From an uncultured delta proteobacterium (GTDB taxonomy: Bacteria; Desulfobacterota; Desulfobacteria; Desulfobacterales; QNYZ01), in NCBI GenBank assembly GCA_963845145.1, contig CAWJQU010000005.1:704001-768000 (forward strand): 64,000 bases of DNA, given 5' to 3'. The notes beneath the pieces are model-generated. The model did not search any database. It had not been told where the DNA came from and was given only the letters and a program-made list of their open reading frames with translations. Positions 9,982-19,283 of this stretch are shown in pieces. The first letter of the stretch is position 1. Each line of letters opens with the position of its first letter. A program made the position numbers and the translations under genes.

Positions 9982-10590
9982 TTAGAGGGGGTTGAAAAGC
10001 CCCATTTCAACAGCCATCTCCTGAGAAAGGGCCTTTCCGGTTTTGGTGGTAAACCACTCCTTGAGACCTTCCCGCCGCATGGCCAGCCCTTGGATCCAGG
10101 CGTCCTTCTTAAAATAATCGGGACCGAACATATCCTGATACCGTTGAACACTGCTCAACCCATAACGATCCAGTCGATCCGCCTCCATCACCAAAGTCGC
10201 CGAGATATCATTTAAAGCGAAAATACTATCCGGATCGTCATGAACAGAAATAATAGCGACGATACGTGCTTGATCATCCGGAGGAAATAGTAGATCGTTT
10301 AAAATGCCGGTCGCGATTTTGGCGCTCTGTTCCATGTGGAGCTGGAGGCTGCGGGTCTCTTTCTTTTTGGCTGGCGCGGCATCGATAAAGTCTTGATAAT
10401 CGATGGCACTCCAACCGGTATCGTGCAAATAAAGCGCTGGAATAACAATATCCGTATCACCATCTTCACGGCTTAGCAAACGACGCGCATATCCAACGGT
10501 CCGTAAGGTATGGTCCCAATCGCCTTGACGGCCGGTTTCCAGGATCGGCCGGGCTTTGGCGGCGATCGCTTTTTCCATATCCGGGGTCAC
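9982..10590 (-). CDS. HD-domain phosphohydrolase
   Basis: H(TLR)...LHDTG...H...HDD...EADRLD HD metal-binding motif; start overlaps the upstream stop (GTGA). Confidence 0.88.
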   Translation of the reverse strand: MTPDMEKAIAAKARPILETGRQGDWDHTLRTVGYARRLLSREDGDTDIVIPALYLHDTGWSAIDYQDFIDAAPAKKKETRSLQLHMEQSAKIATGILNDLLFPPDDQARIVAIISVHDDPDSIFALNDISATLVMEADRLDRYGLSSVQRYQDMFGPDYFKKDAWIQGLAMRREGLKEWFTTKTGKALSQEMAVEMGLFNPL

Positions 10591-11801
10591 GGCATGATCT
10601 CTTTAGCCGCTGCAATGACAGCCTCAGCGACTTTATCTTCCTCCATGTTGGCATCAATTTCCCTGACCTCAATGCCCGGGGATAGCTTCTTTTTCAATCG
10701 GTCAATAAAAACAGCATCTTCTTTGGGATCGTAGGTGGGGTTACCGGGAATGTCGACACCCGACCACCCCTTAAGCGGTACGATGACGATGACGGGACCT
10801 GTGGCGGCATTGAGTTTTTGAGCGAATGCATCGGCCACCTGCGCCAATTCATCCGGCGCCAAACGAATCCAGGTCCTGAATTTATCCAGATCGTATTTTC
10901 GACGGCTATTAAAATCCGGTTTGTATTTGGATTTGGCCGGGGTCATGTGGTTAACGCTACACAAAGATATGATCTGAGGAATGCCGGCTTTACCAGCGGC
11001 CTCCATTCTCGTCGGACCCGCATCGCGCATGTACCCGAAAAGGTGTTCGCCCACGCCTCCGGGGGCCAAGTCGATCACCCCTTTAAAAAAACCGTTGGCG
11101 ATCATCTCCTCCATGGCCCGATCCGAAATACCTGCCGCCGAAAATCCGGTCACCTGATAACCGCTCTTTTCCAACCCGCTGCGGACCGTGTGGGCACATT
11201 GCTCGCACGGTCCCAGCATGGTCATGGCAAAAGCGCGGTCACTATCGGCCGCAGGTGAAGCCACATCATTATTAACCATTCCCATCATGGCGCCAACAGC
11301 ACGATCAATCACATTTTTTAGCAAGTTCGAAACACCCGATATCTCGATCACGGAGTGAAACAGCATAATGTCACCGGTACCAATATAGCGGGTCGATAGT
11401 CCCGGCAATGCGGCTGTTGAGGAGATAATCACCTTGGGAACCCCAAAAGGCAGCGCCCGCATCACCTCACTGGCCATAAGTGATCCGGTGGAACCGCCCA
11501 GGGCGATCACACCGTCAACCTTGCCTCCGTCATGGCTTTGGATCGCCAGGCTAATGGCCCCGGCGATAGTGACCGCTGTAATTTTCGACCGTTCCCGGGA
11601 AGCACTCAACGCCTCAAGGCTGCTGCCTCCGGCCTCGGCCACCATGGCCGGTGTAATTTCAGCCGGAGAGTTCTCGCCCCCACGCATAGAGAGATCCATC
11701 ATCAGGGTATTGAGCCCAGAGGACGCTATTTTGTCCTTCAGATAGAAGGTCTCTTCGCCTTTGGTGTCCAGGGTTGCGATAATGAGAATGGTTTTCGTCA
11801 T
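10587..11801 (-). CDS. Tm-1-like ATP-binding domain protein (UPF0261), copy 1
   Basis: ATLDTKGEE, GGSTGS, ALPFGVPKVIISS and HSVIEISG motifs. Confidence 0.92.
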   Translation of the reverse strand: MTKTILIIATLDTKGEETFYLKDKIASSGLNTLMMDLSMRGGENSPAEITPAMVAEAGGSSLEALSASRERSKITAVTIAGAISLAIQSHDGGKVDGVIALGGSTGSLMASEVMRALPFGVPKVIISSTAALPGLSTRYIGTGDIMLFHSVIEISGVSNLLKNVIDRAVGAMMGMVNNDVASPAADSDRAFAMTMLGPCEQCAHTVRSGLEKSGYQVTGFSAAGISDRAMEEMIANGFFKGVIDLAPGGVGEHLFGYMRDAGPTRMEAAGKAGIPQIISLCSVNHMTPAKSKYKPDFNSRRKYDLDKFRTWIRLAPDELAQVADAFAQKLNAATGPVIVIVPLKGWSGVDIPGNPTYDPKEDAVFIDRLKKKLSPGIEVREIDANMEEDKVAEAVIAAAKEIMP

Positions 11802-11809
11802 AATATCTA

Positions 11810-13465
11810 CTACCCTTCGCTCGCCACTTTTTCGGCAATCATCTTTTTCAGGGTCTCTTTATTAACTTTTCCCGAATCGCCCACCGCCGGAAATTCGGAA
11901 ACCACTTCCAGTCGTTCGGGCAGCTTGAACATGGCGATCTGTTTGCCCTTCAAATATTCCACCATCTCCTCGAAGGTAAAGTCCTGGCCCGCCTTGGGAA
12001 TGACGTAGGCGCAAGCTTTTTCACCCATCTCGCGGTTCGGGTAACCCACAATCGCCACGGATGCTACCTTGGGATTGTCGTTGAGCAATCCTTCGATCTC
12101 CGCCGGGTAGATATTCTGCCCGCCACGAATAATCATATCTTTGGCGCGGCCCAGGATCCACAAGCACTCCTGGTCGAACTTGACGATATCACTGGTCGTG
12201 GTCCATCCTTCTTCGTCAAAAACCGTCGCGGTCAGTTCTTCGTCCCGGTAATAACCGGCCGGGGCATGGGGTCCACGGAACCACAACACGCCCGGCTCGC
12301 CATCGGTAACTTCCTCGCCGGTATCTTTGTCCAGCAGTTTCACTTTATTACCCGGCAGCATGCGCCCAACGGTTCGGCGGCGCAGATCCTTGGAATCTTC
12401 GACGCGGCATCCCGACACCGACCCCATGTCCTGGGTTCCGAGATCGCTGGTGATGGAGGCGCCAAATGCCTGTTCCGCCTCTTCAGCCACCTGGGGTGCC
12501 AGATACCCACCCGCCGAACGGATAAACCGCAACGAACTCAAGTCGTATTTCGTGGCGTCAGCTTCCAGCATGCGAATCAAATGGGTGGGCACAACACCAA
12601 TGGCGGTCGCCTTCTCCTTTTCAATTAAGGAGAGGGCTGCATCGGGTGAAAACTCCTCCAGCATGACTGTTTTGGCACCGGCAATAGGTGCGGCAAAATA
12701 GGTCAGCGTACCCGCAGCACCACCGGCATGGGGCGCAATAGCCATGGTGATGTCGTCTTTGGTCAGATTCCAAATATCCACCCGTCCCTTGGATGTGCAG
12801 ATTCGGGGCGCAGGCGGCCATTCCACTAACTTGGGAATACCGGTAGTGCCGGAAGTCGTCGTCAGAAGCGCAATATCACCGGTTGCACTCAGGCGACGCT
12901 CTTCCAACACGGCACTATCAATCGGCTTTTCAGCACGCGCTTTGGTCATTTGCGGTAAAGAAAAGGTGCCTTCGGGCGCACTGTCCGGCACGGTGTCTTC
13001 AAAGAGAAAAAAGTGCTGCAGGTGAGGGAACTGCTTCTGGAGACCTTTGTACATTTCGAGATAGTCGAACTTATTGTAAACGTGGCAGATGACAACCGCT
13101 TTCGCTTCGGTGCGCTCCACCATGTATTCCAGCTCACGTTGGCGCAGGTAAGGATAAACCGTCAAGCTGATCAACCCGGCCCTTTCACAGGCAATTCTGG
13201 CTAAAAAACCATAGACGCTGTTGGGTGACTGAATGATGACACGGGAAGATTTGGGAATCCCCATCTCCACCCAGGAGATCGCCATGGCATCTACCAGTTT
13301 TTTAGCCTCCGCCCAGGTCAAACGATATTTGGAGTCCACCAGGGCTTCCTGGTCACCAAATTCACGGGCGTTTCGATCCCAGAAATCGTAAAACAACTCC
13401 TGGGTCCAGTAGCCGTCATTTAAAAATTCATTGATCATACTTTCTTTATATCGAATCGGTTTCAA
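11810..13465 (-). CDS. AMP-binding aryl/acyl-CoA ligase (candidate hydroxybenzoate-CoA ligase)
   Basis: TSGTTGIPK, GRAKDMIIRGGQNIYPAEIE, KLPERL and GKVNK motifs; GGAGG RBS before TTG. Substrate inferred from context only. Confidence 0.88.
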   Translation of the reverse strand: MKPIRYKESMINEFLNDGYWTQELFYDFWDRNAREFGDQEALVDSKYRLTWAEAKKLVDAMAISWVEMGIPKSSRVIIQSPNSVYGFLARIACERAGLISLTVYPYLRQRELEYMVERTEAKAVVICHVYNKFDYLEMYKGLQKQFPHLQHFFLFEDTVPDSAPEGTFSLPQMTKARAEKPIDSAVLEERRLSATGDIALLTTTSGTTGIPKLVEWPPAPRICTSKGRVDIWNLTKDDITMAIAPHAGGAAGTLTYFAAPIAGAKTVMLEEFSPDAALSLIEKEKATAIGVVPTHLIRMLEADATKYDLSSLRFIRSAGGYLAPQVAEEAEQAFGASITSDLGTQDMGSVSGCRVEDSKDLRRRTVGRMLPGNKVKLLDKDTGEEVTDGEPGVLWFRGPHAPAGYYRDEELTATVFDEEGWTTTSDIVKFDQECLWILGRAKDMIIRGGQNIYPAEIEGLLNDNPKVASVAIVGYPNREMGEKACAYVIPKAGQDFTFEEMVEYLKGKQIAMFKLPERLEVVSEFPAVGDSGKVNKETLKKMIAEKVASEG

Positions 13466-13525
13466 AACAGACCTCCATATTGTTGAAATTAGGGGCTACG
13501 CCCAAATTTGAGAAGGTAAAATGGC

Positions 13526-13540
13526 CCAATTTCTATGCCA
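13526..13540 (-). promoter_or_regulatory. Possible sigma-54 (-24/-12) promoter
   Basis: Minus strand reads TGGCATAGAAATTGG against consensus TGGCACnnnnnTTGC. The conserved -12 C is missing. About 60 bp upstream of the CoA ligase. Confidence 0.3.
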
Positions 13541-13627
13541 TCTTGACAACCGTCTCTTTTGTATCAACGGGCATGCCACTTCAATTAAGATTATGCTGCT
13601 ACAACCAGCTGGAGATTTTGTGAGCAG

Positions 13628-14143
13628 TTATTTGTTGGATTTTTTTGATTTTAGACTGGCTTTGAATTGATCCCAGAAATCCCGTTCCTTATCTTTCCAG
13701 GTTGCCCCCCATCTTTTTTCAAAATAGGAGGTCGGCAATCTATCCTGCCAGGCGCTCCAGGGGTTTTCTCCTTTTTCCCTGGCAACCAGTGCATCGACCA
13801 AGTAGCTGGCAATATCGCTAATCTCTTCTTTGGGAATATAAGAGTAGGCGCCTTCCTTGATGGTTCTCACCAGGTTTGTCGAATTAAAAGCGTGGGCAGT
13901 CAACATAATGGCCGGGATGTCTCTCTTATTGGCAATATTGAGCAAACCGTACCCGTCAACCCCCATGATATCCAGAATGGCAAGATTAAATTCCTGGGAT
14001 TCCAACAGCAATTTGGCCTGATCGAAGGTGGTTGCCGTGGTCACTTCGCACATGTCGAGTAACTCTTCCAGCACTTCCAGTATATCCGGTTCGTCATCGA
14101 CCGCCAGAATTTTTTTGCCGTTTAACAAGCTTGTGTCGGACAT
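13628..14143 (-). CDS. Response regulator receiver protein with Trp-rich C-terminal tail
   Basis: ILAVDDE, LDIMGVDG, MLTAH and YIPK receiver motifs; AGGAG RBS. Confidence 0.9.
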   Translation of the reverse strand: MSDTSLLNGKKILAVDDEPDILEVLEELLDMCEVTTATTFDQAKLLLESQEFNLAILDIMGVDGYGLLNIANKRDIPAIMLTAHAFNSTNLVRTIKEGAYSYIPKEEISDIASYLVDALVAREKGENPWSAWQDRLPTSYFEKRWGATWKDKERDFWDQFKASLKSKKSNK

Positions 14144-14168
14144 ACGGCTGTCTCCTTTGTCAAGATTG

Positions 14169-14198
14169 TGGTGAATTCGGGATGCCCCGAATTCACCA
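14169..14198. other. Perfect 13-bp-stem hairpin downstream of ppcB
   Basis: TGGTGAATTCGGG-atgc-CCCGAATTCACCA; no U-tract. Confidence 0.7.
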
Positions 14199-14210
14199 TA
14201 TCATTGGATG

Positions 14211-15617
14211 TTATAATCCAAGTTCCGACCAACGACCTTTGACCCTTTCGACCATATCCGGATCCAGTTCGATGGGAATCGGTTTCTGTTTCCAGTCATA
14301 AGGAATCGTCGCATCCAGCAAGAGTCGCCCAGTGATTTCCCTGGCTTCGATGGGCAGCGACGGATCCAGTGGTGTGGACCGACCCCGTTTAATCACCTGG
14401 CTTCGGTTAGGCTGGAACCTGAAGCTTAATGCATACATGACCCTGGGGATGTCCCAAGGATCGATATCTTCGTCTACCACGATGACCGTTTTCAGTCCAT
14501 AGGCACCCATTTCAGTGGAAATCGCTGCAGTTAGAACCTGGTCGGCATGGCCCGGATACATCTGCTTTATGGAGATGATGGCCAGAAAACGTCCGGAGCC
14601 TTCCGGCGGGCAGTAGACCGCTTTCAAGCCTGGAATTTTCATGTCCAGCAGTTGTGACCACAAGGTGGCGCCATAGGAGAGGGCCATGGTCATGTGGGTA
14701 TCGGTGACGGCGCGTCCGACGGTAGTGCCCCAAAGAATCGGGTTGTTCCGGTGGGTAACGCACTTGACGTCCATAAAGTTACGAGGATCGGTGCCAACAC
14801 CGGAGTAGTACCCAGTATACTCGCCAAAGGGGCCCTCTTCCATGAACTTGTCGGCATCAACTTCACCTTCAAGAATAATTTCCGCATGGGCCGGGACAAT
14901 CAGATCTGAGGTTTCACATTTGACGACCTCTACCGCTTCCCCTCGAATGGCACCACCCACATCGTATTCACTGACAGAGGCCGAAACACGCGCCGCCCCC
15001 AGGATAAACAGCAGGGGATCACATCCGATGACGGATGCGCAAGGCATCGGTTTTCCCATGGCCTGGTACTTCTTCAGCATGATGTCGGCATGCTTACCCT
15101 TGATAAACTGGGTCCCAATCTTGTCTTTGCCCAGAAGCTGAGCCCGGTAAGTGCCTAAATTAACCCAGCCGGTTTCCGGATCCTTGGTAACGAAATAATG
15201 GGCGGTGCCGATGTAACGGCCGCCGTCCAAGGGGTACCACTGGGGAACTGGAAACTTGTACAGGTCGATGTCGTCGCCGGTGAGGATGTTCTCTTTACAA
15301 GGGGCTGCTGATTTCTCAACTTCCTTGGGAGGAATAAGATTTTCGCCAAGTTTCGCCCACGCCGCATAAAGGTCTGTCAGGCTCGCATCCTTCGGCTGCC
15401 CCATGATGAATGCACAGCGCTCAACTGTGGTACATACACTGGTTGCAACCGGTGTATCGTAATCTTTTACATTCTCAAAAAGCAGTGCAGGTCCACTGGC
15501 CTCTTCATTGAGTTTAGCAACGTGGGACAGCTCCAGATTCCAGTCGACTTCCGCTGTAATCCGTTTGCATAATCCCGCTTTCTCACCCTGTTCAAAAAAA
15601 TCTCGCATGCTTTTCAT
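14211..15617 (-). CDS. ppcB: UbiD-family carboxylase, phenylphosphate carboxylase beta subunit-like
   Basis: EVDWNLELSHVAKL, GPALLFEN, DGGRYIGT, NLGTYR, EGPFGEYTGYY and KRGRSTPLDP, which I recognise as PpcB-like; adjacent to ppsAB. Confidence 0.88.
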   Translation of the reverse strand: MKSMRDFFEQGEKAGLCKRITAEVDWNLELSHVAKLNEEASGPALLFENVKDYDTPVATSVCTTVERCAFIMGQPKDASLTDLYAAWAKLGENLIPPKEVEKSAAPCKENILTGDDIDLYKFPVPQWYPLDGGRYIGTAHYFVTKDPETGWVNLGTYRAQLLGKDKIGTQFIKGKHADIMLKKYQAMGKPMPCASVIGCDPLLFILGAARVSASVSEYDVGGAIRGEAVEVVKCETSDLIVPAHAEIILEGEVDADKFMEEGPFGEYTGYYSGVGTDPRNFMDVKCVTHRNNPILWGTTVGRAVTDTHMTMALSYGATLWSQLLDMKIPGLKAVYCPPEGSGRFLAIISIKQMYPGHADQVLTAAISTEMGAYGLKTVIVVDEDIDPWDIPRVMYALSFRFQPNRSQVIKRGRSTPLDPSLPIEAREITGRLLLDATIPYDWKQKPIPIELDPDMVERVKGRWSELGL

Positions 15618-15742
15618 TGCTTCTTTTTCCTTTCTACTTTAGGTTGTGAATTAATAATGTTCGGGCATTCGATAACCGCTCGGGACGGGCAAATACCGTC
15701 GATAGGCATAGATTCCCGGACACTACTGCCATTATTGGGTTT

Positions 15743-16813
15743 TTATTTTGGTATTTTAATTCGCTTCATGGCCTGCTCCATGAGGAGCTGATAGCCGCTT
15801 TTCTTCCCCAGAATTGACTTTTTTGCGCGCTGGCTCCACACGGTTTCCGGGCGGGCCTGGACGATGAACAGATTGTCCGGAAATCCCAGGTCCTTGTCTA
15901 TGGCCCACTCGATGTCCATGGGGCGCCCATAATGCTCTTCGATGTTTTTGGCCATTTTGACCAGGCCCTTGACCTCTTTGTCTTCCATGCAGCATACATT
16001 CTGCATATCTTCGGCCACATCGGCGTCCACCGTTTCCCCTTTTTCCGGATCAAAGATACATTCGATGTGCTTGTTCGAAATGGTCTTATCCGTGGTTTCC
16101 ATCACGATCTTATCCACGACGAACTTATCCGGATTCACCGAGCCCGAGACGACGGTTTCCCCCAAACCCCAACTTCCCTCGATAACGACTTTGGATATAT
16201 CCCCGTCGGTGGGATTTAGCGTAAACATCACCCCGGCCGCTTTTGAGTTGACCATTTTCTGTACGCCCACGCTGATTAGGACCTTTTCATGGGGAAAATC
16301 GTTTTTGATCCGGTAATCAATGGCCCGTGCTGTCCAGAGACTGGCCCAGCAGCGCCGAACTTTATCTACCACCAGATCCACCTCTTTAATCCATAGATAG
16401 GTATCCTGCTGCCCCGCAAAACTGGCCGTGGGCAGGTCTTCGGCCGTGGCACTGGAACGAACGGCTACGGGCAGCGCTTCCACTCCGCATAAGGTGCAAA
16501 GCGCGTTATAGCCGTCATCAATGGCTGTTCGAATCTTATCCGGCATTTCCTTGGTAATGATGAGTTGCTGAATTTTCTCGCTCGTGGCGTTCAGCGATTC
16601 CATGTCTCCTGTTTTTAACTCTGAAACGATCCGTAAAATCTCATCCTGAATACCCGTTTCCTTGATGAAGCTAAGATAACTATCGGTCGTCACGGCGAAT
16701 CCGGGCGGGACCCGAATACCGGCGTTGATCAACTCGCCCAGACTGGCATTTTTTCCACCGACTTCCGGCAGGGAGTTTTTATTAAGATCTTTAAAATTGA
16801 GGATATACGCCAT
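15743..16813 (-). CDS. ppsB: Phenylphosphate synthase subunit B-like (PEP synthase N-terminal ATP-binding domain)
   Basis: VGGKNASLGEL, AVRSSATAEDLPTASFAGQQDTYL, DIEWA and QARPETVWS. Stand-alone ATP-binding domain; ATG 16813 after GGGAG. Confidence 0.88.
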   Translation of the reverse strand: MAYILNFKDLNKNSLPEVGGKNASLGELINAGIRVPPGFAVTTDSYLSFIKETGIQDEILRIVSELKTGDMESLNATSEKIQQLIITKEMPDKIRTAIDDGYNALCTLCGVEALPVAVRSSATAEDLPTASFAGQQDTYLWIKEVDLVVDKVRRCWASLWTARAIDYRIKNDFPHEKVLISVGVQKMVNSKAAGVMFTLNPTDGDISKVVIEGSWGLGETVVSGSVNPDKFVVDKIVMETTDKTISNKHIECIFDPEKGETVDADVAEDMQNVCCMEDKEVKGLVKMAKNIEEHYGRPMDIEWAIDKDLGFPDNLFIVQARPETVWSQRAKKSILGKKSGYQLLMEQAMKRIKIPK

Positions 16814-16947
16814 ATGACTTCTCCCTTGGGACAAACGATCCCTGTTCCCTTCCCTGTGAATTTTCGCGAAGGGATAAATTGGCTCGCAAATTGTTTCTCA
16901 AATTGTACTGGATCACCCGAACGAGATAGCGTTCGAGTTCCGGTGTT

Positions 16948-16975
16948 CGCATCCACCCGAAAGCGGGTGGATGCG
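16948..16975. other. Perfect 12-bp-stem hairpin between ppsA and ppsB
   Basis: CGCATCCACCCG-aaag-CGGGTGGATGCG; no U-tract. Confidence 0.7.
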
Positions 16976-17080
16976 TCTATTCGAGTCAGGCCGGGTCCGC
17001 TTGGCTGCGTTAATTCAGCAACCTTTACTTAAAGGCGGGACTATTTAGGTCCGGTGGCCGACCTGTCCGTTGCCAGGTGG

Positions 17081-18940
17081 TTAACCTGCTTTTTCTACGA
17101 TGATCACCTCTCCGGTATCTCCATCCACCTTGACGATGTCTCCCGTTTTGATGATCTGGGTCGCAAGGCCCGTACCGGTAACCGATGGAATACCATACTC
17201 CCGGCACACGATAGCGGCATGGGAGGTAAGCCCGCCGATATCGGTAACGGCCGCCTTGATGTTGGTAAACACAGGCGCCCAGGAGGGGTTGGTTGTCGGA
17301 CACACGAGGACTTCGCCCGGCTGAAGCTTGACGATATCCTTGAGTGACTTGAGGACACGTGCCGGACCCTCCGCTACCCCAGCGGAAGAGGCAAAGCCCT
17401 TAATCTCGGACACGTCACCCGCCGCCGAGGCATCAACCCCCTTTAACCACTCTTTTACCCGATCCGTAGTGACACCCCACAGCATAATGGTAAATGGTTC
17501 GGCTATCTCTTCGGGTGGTACCCCTAGAGCAGGTGTGGGATTCCAATCTGCAGCGGCTTCAAGGATTTTTTTACGCTTGGCAGCTTTGCCCTTGTACAAG
17601 GAGCTCCGCAACGGAATATCCACCCCTAAGGCCCATCCGGTAGATACCTCAGTGAGAAGTTCGGGAACCTCGTAACGGTTGAACATGAAAATGTCATCTA
17701 CTTCGTCGAGCATACCCGCATCAACACACACCTGGCCGATCTGCCTGATTTTGCTAAACCAGATGGTGTGGAACCAATGCTCAACCCAAAACAGATGATC
17801 TTCGGCATAGCGGTAAATAGTCCGAATGGTATTGAAAGCCCCGTCAAAGGCCTCCCTATCCTCGTCCGTCTGGATCAATCCCCGGTATTTGGCGATGATT
17901 TCATCGCGTTCTTTTTCGATCGCGTCCAAGGATCGCTCAATGGTCTCCCCATTTCCCAATCGTTCCAGATAGCTTTTGAGATAACCGTAGGGGATTTCCG
18001 GCACGGTTATCCAGCTGCCCTCATGATGAAACCAGCCGCTACCGTTTGAGACATAAAACCAAGGGTCTGAGGCTTTTTCATACTCCGCCAGCCAATTTTG
18101 CCCTTCCGCTGTTTTTTCCAGCTCGGCCTTCTTTTCCGACACGGATAAATTACCCTTGAGAACAGCCGCCACCGCGGGTGTTTCGTGGGCCAGCCGGCTT
18201 AGACGGCAAAGCTCTTCTTCAGGTTTGAACATGGAGACATAGGCACCGGCCACCATTTTTCCGATGGCGCTTTCGCTGATGCCCGGGAAAAGCTTTCGGG
18301 CAACATCGGCAAACATCAGATAGGCAAGGTAGGTGAGATTGAGCATTTCAAAATGGTACTGCCACCCCTTGATCATTCGATTGGCCAGCTTGTCGAAACA
18401 TGACATAAGGTTAAAAGAATCATAAAATCCGATGGGCGCCGGCAACACTTCATCGTCAGGCACGTATTTGGGCAGTTCCTTAGGCACCTCAATGGCTTTC
18501 ATCTCCTCGCCAAGGGCCTTGAATTTGGTCAACCACTTTTCCCACAGTTCATCGTAATGTTCGAAAACGTAAAACACCCGTTTTTCAAAATGGGCTGCTT
18601 TTTCACCAATGATCTCATCCGGTGGCGGCGCGATGGCACAGATATACATATAGGGCCCAACCATCCGCTGGGCGATTCCCTGGGCGGGCGGTATGCAGAA
18701 AACGCGGGTAGTATATTGTGATAATGAGATCTGCCACGCCTCTTGAAAGATCTGGTCCAGGGGGGGCATGGGTTCCGGCGCATGGATCTTGTCCAGGTAC
18801 CAGAATTGGTTCTTTTCCCATTCACTTCTATCCTTGGAAAACAGATAATGGGACGGATACATCTCCTCCCACCCTTCCAGCTCGGGTGGAACCTCATACT
18901 CGTGTGGATCCGGGAACCTTCCTGTGGTGCCATCAGCCAT
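17081..18940 (-). CDS. ppsA: Phenylphosphate synthase subunit A-like (phospho-His swivel domain)
   Basis: N-terminal GWEEMYP and FWYLDKIHAPEP; C-terminal TDIGGLTSHAAIVCREYGIP phospho-histidine motif; ATG 18940 after GGAGG. Confidence 0.9.
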   Translation of the reverse strand: MADGTTGRFPDPHEYEVPPELEGWEEMYPSHYLFSKDRSEWEKNQFWYLDKIHAPEPMPPLDQIFQEAWQISLSQYTTRVFCIPPAQGIAQRMVGPYMYICAIAPPPDEIIGEKAAHFEKRVFYVFEHYDELWEKWLTKFKALGEEMKAIEVPKELPKYVPDDEVLPAPIGFYDSFNLMSCFDKLANRMIKGWQYHFEMLNLTYLAYLMFADVARKLFPGISESAIGKMVAGAYVSMFKPEEELCRLSRLAHETPAVAAVLKGNLSVSEKKAELEKTAEGQNWLAEYEKASDPWFYVSNGSGWFHHEGSWITVPEIPYGYLKSYLERLGNGETIERSLDAIEKERDEIIAKYRGLIQTDEDREAFDGAFNTIRTIYRYAEDHLFWVEHWFHTIWFSKIRQIGQVCVDAGMLDEVDDIFMFNRYEVPELLTEVSTGWALGVDIPLRSSLYKGKAAKRKKILEAAADWNPTPALGVPPEEIAEPFTIMLWGVTTDRVKEWLKGVDASAAGDVSEIKGFASSAGVAEGPARVLKSLKDIVKLQPGEVLVCPTTNPSWAPVFTNIKAAVTDIGGLTSHAAIVCREYGIPSVTGTGLATQIIKTGDIVKVDGDTGEVIIVEKAG

Positions 18941-19283
18941 GTTCAACCTCCTACGATTGCGGGTTAAAAGATATGGTTACATGTGCTTAACCGGCATTTG
19001 ATATATCGGTATATGAAAGCACACACTGAAGATGCGTCCCAGATCACTCATTTAGACGATCGAATAAATGAGCTGTTGGCACAAAGGTCGATGTCATTCA
19101 TAAAGATGATGTCAACCAATGATCATTTGATTCAAATTATCAGCTCTAGTTTCTACACGACCTGGCAAGACAGCAATTGGGTTTGATCGATCAAGACGCC
19201 ACAGGATCTTTTTTCCAGAGGGTGTAGAATGCATTTATGAATGAAAATATAGGACCTGTCAAAACAATTAAATTTATGTTATC

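Noticed and set aside
9888..10151. N-terminal extension of the 217-aa ORF 9498-10151
   Set aside because: It overlaps the HD gene in another frame; LpdD-like similarity covers only the last ~130 aa.
15743..18940. A split or broken PEP synthase (gluconeogenic ppsA)
   Set aside because: No pyruvate-binding TIM-barrel domain is present. The two-gene layout beside a PpcB-like UbiD matches phenylphosphate synthase, and both ORFs are intact with their own RBS.
18983..19186. 67-aa ORF in the ppsA-lysR intergenic region
   Set aside because: No RBS or motif; the region looks regulatory.
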